Source: a virus. From it: a stretch of DNA of 64,000 nucleotides. The notes under the pieces were generated by a model. That model made no database searches. It was not told where the DNA came from and saw only the letters and a list, made by a program, of their open reading frames with translations. Shown one piece after another: positions 19,528-29,523 of this stretch (its first letter is position 1; every line of letters starts with the position of its first letter). The translations under genes were made by a program, and so were the position numbers. The stretch lies in IMG/VR virus record IMGVR_UViG_3300030103_004672, positions 24,678 to 88,677 of that record; one strand, 5' to 3'.

Positions 19528-19560
19528 TTCAGCGCAACTTTGTGCAAATTTTTAGTTAAT

Positions 19561-20763
19561 ATGTCAGCATACAATCAGGAATTTAATAAAGACAACGTAG
19601 TTCTTAGGTATATTATTGTTGCCTTGCTTGCTGAACTAAGAGAAAAGGTATTTTATTACAATCAGCTTGATGAGGACACTACTCAGAAAGTACAAGTTCC
19701 TTTTTATTATTCAGTTACAGGAAACGAGAGGTTGTTGTTAGATGTTTTTAAGTTTGGAACTGCTGAAAACGACGAAGCGATAGGTGATTATGATGTTGTG
19801 CCAAGGGGAGTGATTCAACTAACAGGAGTTTCTATTGATTCAGGCTCACTAACTAATAAGTTTACAAGAGCAAGTTTTGTTAGAAATATTGGTGGATATT
19901 TAAAAACTCTTATGTTGGATACAGCATACATTCCATTAGTAATGACATTTGATACAACTGTGGTTTGTTCGTCTAATCTTGAAATGCTTAAGGTTACAGA
20001 ATCTTTGATGAGTAGAATGTATAAAACAACCAGATTTCAGGTTGATTTAGGCATGTTTAGAGTTGAAGCATCTGTTGGTTTACCTGAGGACTATTCACAA
20101 AATAAACTTTTTGAGTATGGCCTCTCTGATAAAAAGGAGTTTACTGTGACATTTGCACTAGAAGTTAAATCGTTCCTTCCTGTATTTGACGGAGGATTCT
20201 TAATGAAAGAAATAGATGTTTTAGCAGAAGAGGCGATTGATAAAGCTATAGCTGAACATGAAGCTGCTGTTCAAGCGGCACGAGGCACTGGGCTAGTTCC
20301 TGGTGTCGGGGCAGGTACTGTAGATAACGGAACTCCAAATCCGTCACCTAGTAATATAGAATCTACACAGGCTAATGACGATGGCACCTACACAATAACA
20401 TTTAAAGATGGAACAACAACTGTCACAGATGATTTGAGAACCGTTTCTCCTACTGCAACTGGAGACGGCGCATTTCCAGAAATACCACTAAGTATTGGCC
20501 AAGTTGGAGTTTTAAGAAATGGTACAATAGAATTTATAGGTGGGTCTATGACGGAAATGCAATCGAGCGTTGAGCCTATTAAGAAATTTTCACCGCAGTC
20601 AACAGTATCTGGAGATTCAAATTCTGCATTTGTAGATCCTGATAGTATTAATGAGCCTAATTTCTCAAGCAACACGGTGACTACAAATCAGCCAGCGCCA
20701 GAGCAGAAAGATAGTAAAGTATATAGAAATGCTTCAAATGAAGATAACAACAGTAATACATAA
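19561..20763 (+). CDS. Tail sheath stabiliser/terminator (gp15-like) with long low-complexity C-terminal extension
   Basis: VPFYYS...E.LL...YDVVPRG N-terminal motifs; ATG at 19561 preferred to TTG at 19540. Confidence 0.6.
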   Translation: MSAYNQEFNKDNVVLRYIIVALLAELREKVFYYNQLDEDTTQKVQVPFYYSVTGNERLLLDVFKFGTAENDEAIGDYDVVPRGVIQLTGVSIDSGSLTNKFTRASFVRNIGGYLKTLMLDTAYIPLVMTFDTTVVCSSNLEMLKVTESLMSRMYKTTRFQVDLGMFRVEASVGLPEDYSQNKLFEYGLSDKKEFTVTFALEVKSFLPVFDGGFLMKEIDVLAEEAIDKAIAEHEAAVQAARGTGLVPGVGAGTVDNGTPNPSPSNIESTQANDDGTYTITFKDGTTTVTDDLRTVSPTATGDGAFPEIPLSIGQVGVLRNGTIEFIGGSMTEMQSSVEPIKKFSPQSTVSGDSNSAFVDPDSINEPNFSSNTVTTNQPAPEQKDSKVYRNASNEDNNSNT

Positions 20764-20795
20764 TACATTTTTTATGATGTTACTTTTTTATTGAT

Positions 20796-20804
20796 GATAT
20801 ATAA
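20796..20804 (+). promoter_or_regulatory. Putative late promoter GATATATAA
   Basis: Exact motif 17 nt before ATG 20822. Confidence 0.7.
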
Positions 20805-20821
20805 AACAAATTAGATTATAG

Positions 20822-22669
20822 ATGTCGAAGATTAACGAAGGACAGACCCAAGTTTATATGAATGGGATGGTAACACCACAAGTTGGTGTTGATACAAGTG
20901 CAGCTTATCTCAATACGCCTCCACAGCAATTGATGGATTTAGCTTACGAATTTTTTAAAAGCGGTAAATCAGAATCACAAGTTCTTGCAATTTTAGTAGG
21001 AATGGGTACTCCACAACAGTTAGCATACTCGGCAATTCAACATTATAAAATGGAAACAATGCAAAATAACCCAACAGTAGCAGAAAATACTAATCAAAAA
21101 AATAATTCAACGATGAACTTCACACTTACTGGTCTATATGAAATGGTAGTTAAAACCTTAGATAGCTTAAAAGAAATGTCTAGCGACAACTCTAGAGTTT
21201 CCTTTTCAGTTAAAGCCGCAACAGAAATATTGGAAAATGTAACAAGACAATTCCCAGTTAAATTCAATTCTCTTGGAGTAGATGGCCTTACAGAGGAAGT
21301 TGAGGCTACAGTGAATCCTTCACTTAAATTTATGATAGCCAAAAATATACACAATCAGATTTCAGCATATAATTGGATCGATCCAGTGTTAGAATTAAAA
21401 GGTTTTATCGAAGAATGCTATAACGAAAGAAAGTGGGCATTTAGAATTGCAGAGTCTGTATCTAACATGACCAGAAAAGACGGAATGTATGCTAAGCTAG
21501 GAGAAGAAATGGGTGCATTATTAAATGAATCAGAGCAAGTTATCTTTTCAAAGATGCCATTGATATCTTATTCAAACCCTTGGTCTCCAGAAGCTAAGAA
21601 ATTAGTTGCTGAAATGAAGGAAGCTAAGAAAGAAAGCACTCCACAATCTGGAGCAACACCATACCGACTATTTACGCCAATGATTACCGAAGGCGAGTCT
21701 ATGATATTCAGACTGCACGGAAAGGATTACAAGATGACTGATGGTTCTATCGAAGAAACAAAGGTTACAGATAACAGATACAACGTCATTGCAATGACTT
21801 TAGCTGAGGCTAATCATTCCGGAGACTCAATTGTATTCTTCGGTGATAATGGAAAATCATTAGAATTTAATATTAATGAAGGGACTATCATGTTAGGAAA
21901 TATGGATATTTCTAACCATAGCTCGATTGAAATTCAAGAAGCACTTATTGCTACTAAATTCTATGGATTTAGAGATCAGTGGAAGATCAACAACCTTTGC
22001 ACATTATTTGAAAATATAGGAATGGTAACTGAAATGGATAACTTCCTTAATTTAACATCAGAGCAATTTCTACATGTATACTTAACTATGTTGAGCCTCC
22101 CTTTGAAAGAGGGTGTTTATGTAAATAAAGTAAATCACTCAATGGGCCTCAATGAAATGAAGTTTTTTGAGTCTGCAACTGATGCATTAAATGAAGCAAA
22201 GGATTTTATTGGATACGATGCTACCACATATCTTTCTGAGAAGCTACAAAAAGAGAATAACGAGAAAGCTATTGTTGAAGCTAAAAGATCTAAGATCAAC
22301 GAAGAAATCGATTTTCTAGAAGAAAAAAGAAAGGAGATCGAAGATGCTATGTCCAGAATTGGAGAAGACGAGTCTTTAAAAGAAGCCTTAGAGTTAATCA
22401 GCACTGAAATTGCTAAAAAGGAAAAAGAACTTTCAGGAACTTATACAACTGAGAAGATCAAAAACATTAATCAATATCTAAATGATGGTTATGTCGAGGC
22501 TACTGTTGCCAAGAATATACCAGGTTTAAGAAAAGGCGAGGCAATTTTAGTAAATGCAGAAGAATATTCTAGCCTTGGCGATGAAGATTTGATTGATACA
22601 ATTATCGTTAAAAGCGGAAACACTAAAATGGTAAAAAGAGGTGATTTAGAGATTAGTCTATCTAAGTAA
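20822..22669 (+). CDS. Probable head/prohead-core protein, C-terminal coiled coil
   Basis: Late promoter; begins MSKINE; many (L/I/V)xE protease-type sites. Confidence 0.45.
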   Translation: MSKINEGQTQVYMNGMVTPQVGVDTSAAYLNTPPQQLMDLAYEFFKSGKSESQVLAILVGMGTPQQLAYSAIQHYKMETMQNNPTVAENTNQKNNSTMNFTLTGLYEMVVKTLDSLKEMSSDNSRVSFSVKAATEILENVTRQFPVKFNSLGVDGLTEEVEATVNPSLKFMIAKNIHNQISAYNWIDPVLELKGFIEECYNERKWAFRIAESVSNMTRKDGMYAKLGEEMGALLNESEQVIFSKMPLISYSNPWSPEAKKLVAEMKEAKKESTPQSGATPYRLFTPMITEGESMIFRLHGKDYKMTDGSIEETKVTDNRYNVIAMTLAEANHSGDSIVFFGDNGKSLEFNINEGTIMLGNMDISNHSSIEIQEALIATKFYGFRDQWKINNLCTLFENIGMVTEMDNFLNLTSEQFLHVYLTMLSLPLKEGVYVNKVNHSMGLNEMKFFESATDALNEAKDFIGYDATTYLSEKLQKENNEKAIVEAKRSKINEEIDFLEEKRKEIEDAMSRIGEDESLKEALELISTEIAKKEKELSGTYTTEKIKNINQYLNDGYVEATVAKNIPGLRKGEAILVNAEEYSSLGDEDLIDTIIVKSGNTKMVKRGDLEISLSK

Positions 22670-22685
22670 GTATATTGTTTGCCAA

Positions 22686-22713
22686 TAAACCATTGGCTTT
22701 TATTTCATATAAT
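22686..22713 (+). promoter_or_regulatory. Putative middle promoter TAAAC-N17-TATAAT upstream of the late sigma gene
   Basis: TAAAC 22686-22690, TATAAT 22708-22713. Confidence 0.72.
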
Positions 22714-22727
22714 AATAAATAAGCAAT

Positions 22728-23093
22728 ATGCCTAGAAAAAGAAAATATCTAAATAATAGAGACCTCTTAGAAGAGATCAAAAAATCAAGAGAGCAGGACG
22801 AGCTCACCCCTAAGGCATTAAAAATGCTTATGATGTTAGCTGAGAGATCTTCTAACCGATTACAATATAGAGATCCAGACGATAAGCAAGATTGTATAGC
22901 TTATGCTTACATGGATTTATACAGATACTGGAGAAACTTTGATCCTGCTAGAAGTAGTAATGCATTCGCATATTTTACAGAAGTAGCAAAGAGAGGATTT
23001 GCTAAAGGCTGGAATGCTTTGCATCCTAAAAAATACCATGGCACGGTTTCAATAAATGGAAGCGCAGATTCCGACGGGATTTACACTATTTAA
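22728..23093 (+). CDS. gp55: Late-transcription sigma factor
   Basis: YLNNRDLLEEI and NFDPARSSNAFAYFT motifs. Confidence 0.85.
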   Translation: MPRKRKYLNNRDLLEEIKKSREQDELTPKALKMLMMLAERSSNRLQYRDPDDKQDCIAYAYMDLYRYWRNFDPARSSNAFAYFTEVAKRGFAKGWNALHPKKYHGTVSINGSADSDGIYTI

Positions 23094-23569
23094 TGAGCAT
23101 CAAAAAAGTAAAACCTACTGTAAAGTCCGGTTTTAAACAAGGATATTACAAACCTGTTAACATTGAAAAATATGTTGGTGCATTTCCAATAATTTACAGA
23201 AGCAGCTGGGAAAGAAAGTTTTGCCACTGGTGTGATCATAATGAAGATGTTATATCTTGGATGTCCGAGCCCTTTTCAATTAAATATTTTAATCTACTAG
23301 ATAAACGATTTCATAACTATTTTCCAGACTTTTTTATAACAATGAAAAATGGTGACGAACAAACAAATTATGTAGTTGAAATAAAGCCAAAGTCGCAGTT
23401 GGTAAAACCAAAACCTCCATCGCGTAAATCAAAAAAGGCAGTTGAAAACTATAAATATAGTTACGAAATGTACGTTAAAAATCTTTGCAAGACAGATGCA
23501 TTGAATAAAGAGGCACAACGTAGAAATTATAAGGTCATGCTGTTAACAGAAGATTCAAAGATATTTTAA
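23093..23569 (+). CDS. gp4: Head completion nuclease (TnsA-like)
   Basis: YRSSWE, W.SEP, YFPDF, EIKP. Confidence 0.85.
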   Translation: MSIKKVKPTVKSGFKQGYYKPVNIEKYVGAFPIIYRSSWERKFCHWCDHNEDVISWMSEPFSIKYFNLLDKRFHNYFPDFFITMKNGDEQTNYVVEIKPKSQLVKPKPPSRKSKKAVENYKYSYEMYVKNLCKTDALNKEAQRRNYKVMLLTEDSKIF

Positions 23570-24156
23570 TGGCACAACTAGATGGAACATTTAGGCTTGA
23601 ACTAGATTATGCGCTTAGTTCAAATGGTGGTGCGAAAAAAGCATCAAAATTTTCACAAGAAGAAATAGAATTACTAAAAGCAAGTAGTAGAGGATTCTTA
23701 GAGCCTGGGAAAATGTATGCATTTGAATATGATACAGACTTAGAACCGGAATACGACGAATATCCAATAGTTATCGGTTTAGGTTATTATAAACAAAAAA
23801 ATACAGACAATCAGCTTGGTATAAATTTACATTACATGCCATACGACGTGAGGCTACCATTTATAGAACTTATTATAAAGTCGATGCAATCACACATAGA
23901 ACAAGAGCTAGATAAAAGTTTCGGTGATGGCGAAGCACAGAATCCATATCCGCAATTTACATGGGACAACGTAAAGAAGGCCTATGGATCAAAATACAAT
24001 CTTTCATATTGTGTTCGACAGTACAGAATGAAACAAATCGAGAATATTAAAGTATTAGGTTATGAAGATTGGTATTTAGGTACCTTAAATGACGAGGATA
24101 ATTTTTCAGGAACTAATATGAGAATGGTTCAAAACAATTATTACAAGAATATATAA
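23569..24156 (+). CDS. gp2: DNA end protector protein
   Basis: PGKMYAFEYD, YDEYP, GINLHYMP. Confidence 0.75.
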   Translation: MAQLDGTFRLELDYALSSNGGAKKASKFSQEEIELLKASSRGFLEPGKMYAFEYDTDLEPEYDEYPIVIGLGYYKQKNTDNQLGINLHYMPYDVRLPFIELIIKSMQSHIEQELDKSFGDGEAQNPYPQFTWDNVKKAYGSKYNLSYCVRQYRMKQIENIKVLGYEDWYLGTLNDEDNFSGTNMRMVQNNYYKNI

Positions 24157-24173
24157 AACAACTATAAGTAGAA

Positions 24174-25820
24174 ATGGCCGGCTTTACAAACAGAAAAGGA
24201 CCCTTAACTAATACTAATCCCGTTAGAAAGTTACTCAAGGATTTATCAAATCTTGGGATGGCTTATGACGATATGATTTTGCGGAATTCAAGAGCTATTG
24301 GTTTTGCTGAAAATCAAATGGGCTATACGATGAATCCCATGGGATCTGATGCAGATGACATGTACGGTTTTTTTGCAGGTCTTTCCCTAACAGATACATC
24401 ATTGAAGAAGAACATCAGTTTCTTCGATAAAAACTATGCTAAGAAAAGAGAACAGCTTAGAACATTCGCCGTTCAGGATGAAATAGAAGACATCTTAGAT
24501 GTTATATGCGACGAGTGTATTGTATTTGATGAGTCTAATTATATGGCTTATGCAGATTATCATGGTGAAATTTCTAAAGCTATCGAAGAGGAAATCTCTG
24601 ACACATATAATAACATTTACAATTATTTTGGTTTTAATGATGCTGTATCGCCTTGGAACTATTTTAGAAAATGGTTAGTTGATGGCTACCTTGCATTTGA
24701 AATAATCTACAATGACAGGCAGACTGAGATTATTGGTTTTAAAGAACTAGATCCTGTGTCTCTATTACCGGTCGTTGATACAGAAACCGGTCAAAAGATG
24801 TGGATCCAGTATAAGGACCAGGGTCCTAAGGAGAGAAAGCTTTATGACACGCAAATTATTTACCTGTCTTATTCTTCTGTTAATTCTCCACAGAGAATAT
24901 CTTATGTTGAAAGGCTGATTAGAGCATTTAATATGTTACGCATTATGGAGACCACAAGAATCATATGGTCTGTTACTAATGCTTCCTACAAAACACAATT
25001 TATAATACCAGTTGGTGGTAAATCTAAGACGAGAGCAAAACAATCACTTGCACAACTCATGAATTCCTACAGAGAAGTTGTTGAATTTGATCATAACTCA
25101 GGTGAATTACAAACCAATGGTAAGCCAATGATGGCATTTAATAAAGAATATTGGTTACCAAGCAAGGACGGGGAAGTTCCAGAAATTTCTACAATAGGTG
25201 GAGATGGTCCTGATTTAGGGGACACGGAATCTCTTAAATACTTTTCTGATAAGCTGAAATTAGCATCAAAAATACCATTTTCTAGATTCGATAGAGAGGC
25301 TGCAAGTACCTACAGCATGGATGCAAGTGGTATGATGCGAGACGAGATTAAGTTCTCAAAGTTTGTTGATAGGTTAAGATCTATATGGCAAGAGGTTTTA
25401 ATTAAACCACTGTATATTCAATTATGTATGAATCACCCTGAATTGAATGACGATGTGGCGTTTAAGGCAGGTCTTGCACTCAAATTCGTTAAGGATAATG
25501 TATTTGAAGAAATGAAGGAAATGGAGCTTCAAAATAGAAGAATAGATTTCATTGGTAACATGAAAACACAATTGAGCGTAACTGATGAAAACATGAATGA
25601 AATTCCATATTTTGATCTAGGATGGTTAATAAGTAAATATGGTGGATTCACTAGAGATGACCTGAAAGCAAATAGTCGAGCTAAGCGTAGAGAGGAGCTT
25701 GAAAAAGAAGGTTATAGAGAAGAAGACATCGAAAAGATTCTATTAGGAGCCGATAAATCTAAATTTAAGGCTACAAAAACCGAAGAAGATCCATTGGGTG
25801 GCTTAGGCGGCGGAATATAA
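24174..25820 (+). CDS. gp20: Portal protein
   Basis: FRKWLVDG, N.LRIME, EYWLP, RDEIKFSKFVDRLR. Confidence 0.92.
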   Translation: MAGFTNRKGPLTNTNPVRKLLKDLSNLGMAYDDMILRNSRAIGFAENQMGYTMNPMGSDADDMYGFFAGLSLTDTSLKKNISFFDKNYAKKREQLRTFAVQDEIEDILDVICDECIVFDESNYMAYADYHGEISKAIEEEISDTYNNIYNYFGFNDAVSPWNYFRKWLVDGYLAFEIIYNDRQTEIIGFKELDPVSLLPVVDTETGQKMWIQYKDQGPKERKLYDTQIIYLSYSSVNSPQRISYVERLIRAFNMLRIMETTRIIWSVTNASYKTQFIIPVGGKSKTRAKQSLAQLMNSYREVVEFDHNSGELQTNGKPMMAFNKEYWLPSKDGEVPEISTIGGDGPDLGDTESLKYFSDKLKLASKIPFSRFDREAASTYSMDASGMMRDEIKFSKFVDRLRSIWQEVLIKPLYIQLCMNHPELNDDVAFKAGLALKFVKDNVFEEMKEMELQNRRIDFIGNMKTQLSVTDENMNEIPYFDLGWLISKYGGFTRDDLKANSRAKRREELEKEGYREEDIEKILLGADKSKFKATKTEEDPLGGLGGGI

Positions 25821-25866
25821 TATAAAAAATATAGTATCACTTTAATATATAAAAAAACCTTGACAG

Positions 25867-27537
25867 ATGTCTAAAAATTTATTAATCATAGAAAGATCGA
25901 GCACCGTACTCAATACGCAGAAGGAGACGGATGGTTCGGTAATACTCGAAGGAGTCTTTACACAAATAGGAGTAAAGAACAAGAATAACAGAATTTACGA
26001 AGAAGAGGAAGTTCTACCTCATATTAATGAGCTAAAAGAGAAGGTTGCTAGTAAAAAATTATTAGGCGAACTTGATCATCCAAAGGATTTTGATATTAGC
26101 TTATCAAATGTATCTCACGTTATCGAGGATCTAAGATATGATGAAAACAAAAAACAAGTTTTAGGTCGAATTAAATTATTGAACACATCTAAAGGTAAAG
26201 AAGCAAAGGCGCTAATAGAAGACGGTATTCCATTACACATCTCTAGCAGGGCTGCTGGAACTGTAGGTGATGATGGTCGAGTAAAAATTAAAAAATTCTT
26301 TACATATGACTTAGTCGCTGATCCTGGTTTTGAAAACGCAGAATTAGCAAGAGTTAACGAATCATTTGGATTTGATGCAGATGACTCTTTATACATCTAT
26401 GAAGTTAATGAACAGATAAATAAACCAAATAAAAAATCAGAAGAAATGGCTCAAGAACAATATGTAACTGTTGAGGACTTTAACAAGTATACTGAATACT
26501 TAAAAAATGAAATTGAGAGAGTAAAAGAAACAGCTAACGATGATCAGTCTGCTACAATTCAAAAACTAGTTGAGTATTCTGAGCATATCGCTGAGAAAGT
26601 AAATCAGGTTACTGATTATGTTGAGTATGTAGCTGAAAATGTCGATAAGAGCATTTCATATACTGACTACTTAGCAGAAAATATGAACAATATTAAGGAA
26701 TACACAGATTATTTAGCTGAACAGTTAGATACAGGTATTCAATATTCTGAGCATGTTGCTGAAAAGACAGATCAGTCTATCGAATATGCTAATTACCTAG
26801 GAGAAAGCTTAGAGAAAGGAATTGCATATAGCGAGTACATTGCTGAGAAACTCGATAAGAGCATTGCCTATTCTGAGTACTTGAAAGAGAATGTCGAAAA
26901 GAGCATTACTTATACTGAGTATGTTGCTGAAGAAGTAAACAACGAATACGGAAAGATTTTAGCTGAAAATGCTAAAGATACAGCTGATGGTAAAATTGTT
27001 GTAGAGTCTGACGATTCTTACAAAGCTAACATTAGTGAAAAACTAACAGCTCTTGTTGAGAAGGCTGAATCTAAGAGCAATCACAACTTGTTCTTCATGA
27101 ATTTCTTAACTGAAAAGAAAAGAAATGAGTTCGGTGCATTAAACAATGAAAAGCAAGATAAGATTGTAGAGCAAATGAATTCAAACCGTTGCATGTCTAC
27201 CATAGACGCTGAGAGAATTTGGGATTCTTGCTTTGTTACTGAATCTAATAAATTAGATGTTGTAGATAGCATGCCAGAGAAATACCGCGCAAAATGGGAA
27301 TCATTGAGTGAAGGTAAGAAAAACCAGATTCTAGCCGAGTCACAGTTCAGAAGCTTAGATACTCAATATGCTATCGATAACTTCTGGGCAACTAGAGATC
27401 TTCGCGATACTAAAGTTGAGTTAGAAAAAATCAACGAATCTAAAGTTGCTGGTGAGGATGTAGAAAATCCATATGCAGTAAATGAAGATTTCAAGAATGA
27501 CTTAGTTAACAGACTAAGATTCAACTTAGGAAGATAA
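25867..27537 (+). CDS. gp21: Prohead protease fused to scaffold/core domain (gp21+gp22-like)
   Basis: NKNNRIY, LGELDHP, ISSRAAG, YDLVADPGF, then acidic helical repeats. Confidence 0.9.
   Translation: MSKNLLIIERSSTVLNTQKETDGSVILEGVFTQIGVKNKNNRIYEEEEVLPHINELKEKVASKKLLGELDHPKDFDISLSNVSHVIEDLRYDENKKQVLGRIKLLNTSKGKEAKALIEDGIPLHISSRAAGTVGDDGRVKIKKFFTYDLVADPGFENAELARVNESFGFDADDSLYIYEVNEQINKPNKKSEEMAQEQYVTVEDFNKYTEYLKNEIERVKETANDDQSATIQKLVEYSEHIAEKVNQVTDYVEYVAENVDKSISYTDYLAENMNNIKEYTDYLAEQLDTGIQYSEHVAEKTDQSIEYANYLGESLEKGIAYSEYIAEKLDKSIAYSEYLKENVEKSITYTEYVAEEVNNEYGKILAENAKDTADGKIVVESDDSYKANISEKLTALVEKAESKSNHNLFFMNFLTEKKRNEFGALNNEKQDKIVEQMNSNRCMSTIDAERIWDSCFVTESNKLDVVDSMPEKYRAKWESLSEGKKNQILAESQFRSLDTQYAIDNFWATRDLRDTKVELEKINESKVAGEDVENPYAVNEDFKNDLVNRLRFNLGR
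26572..26949 (+). repeat. Nine tandem 42-bp (14-aa) repeats, consensus xY(S/T)EY(I/L/V)AExxDKSI
   Basis: EYSEHIAEKVNQVT / DYVEYVAENVDKSI / SYTDYLAENMNNIK ... TYTEYVAEEVNNEY. Confidence 0.85.
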
Positions 27538-27562
27538 TAGTTATTTAATCAATTATTTTTGT

Positions 27563-27588
27563 AGGGGCCAAGTTTTGGCCCCTTTTTT
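27563..27588 (+). terminator. Intrinsic terminator
   Basis: AGGGGCCAA-GTT-TTGGCCCCT then T run. Confidence 0.85.
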
Positions 27589-27616
27589 ATATTATATTAT
27601 AAAAATCGAATATATC

Positions 27617-27633
27617 GACATGATATATAATAC
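27617..27633 (+). promoter_or_regulatory. Late promoter of capsid gene within 17-bp element GACATGATATATAATAC
   Basis: Identical 17-mer at 43962-43978. Confidence 0.7.
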
Positions 27634-27703
27634 GTATCCAAGGACTAAGAAGCAAAAAGTCAGGATAGTAAATCTTAATTAAAAATTAAAAAACATAAAA
27701 ATT

Positions 27704-29440
27704 ATGTACGCAAATCGTCTTATTAATGAGGCTGAGGTTCAAAAGACTTGGACACCTATCATTTCAGAGGCTACTGGTATCGAGGACAAAAGCAAACTTG
27801 CTTGGATGTCTAAGTATTGCCACTACCATAACTTGAATGAGAGTGTTTATAACACTGTGCACCTCAACCCTAACATGAACCTTCAAGGTATGAATGCGCC
27901 AGCTTTCCCAAATGACCCAACTACCTTGAATGCATTCCCAGGCCAAGTAACTGGTTCTGGTGACAAACCTTTCTCTTTGCTTCCACTTGCTATGCAGGTT
28001 GCTGCTCAGACTGTAGGTCTTGACTTAGTACCTGTTGTGCCAATGCAAGGTCCTATGGGAGTATTAACTTACCTGGACTTCGTATACGGTGGTGGTAGAA
28101 TTCAAGATGCTGGTGGAAAAGCAACTGATTCTGCACCATTGATGATCAAATTCGCTTTTGATAACTTACAAGGTGCTGCTTTAGTAGAAAACGACCTAGT
28201 ATACGCATCTTCTGCCGCGCTTACTACAACTGTTGCTCCTTACGAATTAACATTCATTGGATTATCAAGAATTGATGGTAAATCTATTTTCCGTGTAAGA
28301 GGTAACGATGACGCCACTGCAACTACTGCTGGTGTTTACCAACAAGGTGAAGTAGGTTATGAGCCTATCTATGATGCAATTGCTAATAACGTAGACTTCT
28401 ACGATGCTGCTGCCGCACAAGCTGGTGATGTAAAAGGTACAGTTGACGGAAATGTTGAGTTAGTAAAAGCTTTAGAAGATCATATCCCAGGTTTCTCAGG
28501 TTCTGCATTTGAAGCAAACAACCCAGTTGGATCTGCTCCTACTTTCGGTGTTGAGAATATCGGTGGTGTTGACCCATACCAAAGAGGTGTTGGTGAAGCT
28601 ACTCCTGATAACAACTTAGGTCTTTCTTTATTCAACAAGTCAGTTGCTGCTATGACTTACCAAGTTGCAGCTGCTGTTACTCGTGAGCAAGTACAAGATC
28701 TTAAGCAATTCGGAATCGATGCAGTTGCTCAAGTAGAGGCTGTACTTGTTAATGAATTGACTCAGTCAATCAACAAGTTAATCCTTGATCGTATCTTCAA
28801 GCTTGGTGTAACTAACGCATTCCAAGTATCTCAAGTCAATGGAACAGTTCTTTCTGCTCACTTTGACCTAACTGGAGGTGTTGGTACTACAATTGCTCTC
28901 GGCCAAGATAACACTGGTACTGCTCGTTCAGTAACTGTTGATAGTGTTAACGTTGCTGGCGGTGGAGAAACTCAGGGTACTCTACAGCGTAGAATCTTAA
29001 CTAAGATCTTAGCTGCTACAAACCTTATCGCTGTACGTGGACGTCGTGGTCCAGCTACTTTCGCTGTAACTAGCGGAAAGATGGCCACTGCTATCCAAGA
29101 CGTTGCAGGTTTCGTACCTTACCCACTATCAAATACAGTTAACCAAGCTGGTGGATCACTCTACCCAATTGGTGCTGTTGCTGGTGTAACTATCTACGTT
29201 GATCCAAACCGTGATTTTGATGATAACAAGATTGCTGTTGGACGTAAAGGAGATGGAAACTCACCAGGATTGGTATTCATGCCTTACTTAATGGCTGAAT
29301 CAGTTGAGACAATCGCTGAAGGAACTATGGCTCCTAAAATTGCGGTTAAATCACGTTTCGCTCTTGTTGAGGCTGGTTTCCACCCACAAACTATGTACTA
29401 CACTTTAGACTTCGTGTTGACAGGTGTTGACTTGATCTAA
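27704..29440 (+). CDS. gp23: Major capsid protein
   Basis: VPVVPMQGP.G, EQVQDLK, L.NELTQSINK, FMPY, KSRFAL; strongly biased codon use. Confidence 0.92.
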   Translation: MYANRLINEAEVQKTWTPIISEATGIEDKSKLAWMSKYCHYHNLNESVYNTVHLNPNMNLQGMNAPAFPNDPTTLNAFPGQVTGSGDKPFSLLPLAMQVAAQTVGLDLVPVVPMQGPMGVLTYLDFVYGGGRIQDAGGKATDSAPLMIKFAFDNLQGAALVENDLVYASSAALTTTVAPYELTFIGLSRIDGKSIFRVRGNDDATATTAGVYQQGEVGYEPIYDAIANNVDFYDAAAAQAGDVKGTVDGNVELVKALEDHIPGFSGSAFEANNPVGSAPTFGVENIGGVDPYQRGVGEATPDNNLGLSLFNKSVAAMTYQVAAAVTREQVQDLKQFGIDAVAQVEAVLVNELTQSINKLILDRIFKLGVTNAFQVSQVNGTVLSAHFDLTGGVGTTIALGQDNTGTARSVTVDSVNVAGGGETQGTLQRRILTKILAATNLIAVRGRRGPATFAVTSGKMATAIQDVAGFVPYPLSNTVNQAGGSLYPIGAVAGVTIYVDPNRDFDDNKIAVGRKGDGNSPGLVFMPYLMAESVETIAEGTMAPKIAVKSRFALVEAGFHPQTMYYTLDFVLTGVDLI

Positions 29441-29463
29441 TCATAGTCAAAGTACTTTGTTTT

Positions 29464-29490
29464 AAAGGGGCTCATATGAGCCCCTTTTTT
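29464..29490 (+). terminator. Intrinsic terminator after capsid gene
   Basis: AAAGGGGCTC-ATAT-GAGCCCCTTT plus T run. Confidence 0.88.
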
Positions 29491-29523
29491 ATTTGATATA
29501 TAAAATAACAAAAAAATAATCAA

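Noticed and set aside
26572-26949. CRISPR-like array or DGR repeat
   Set aside because: Repeats are degenerate, in-frame coding units without spacers; no Cas or reverse transcriptase in the window
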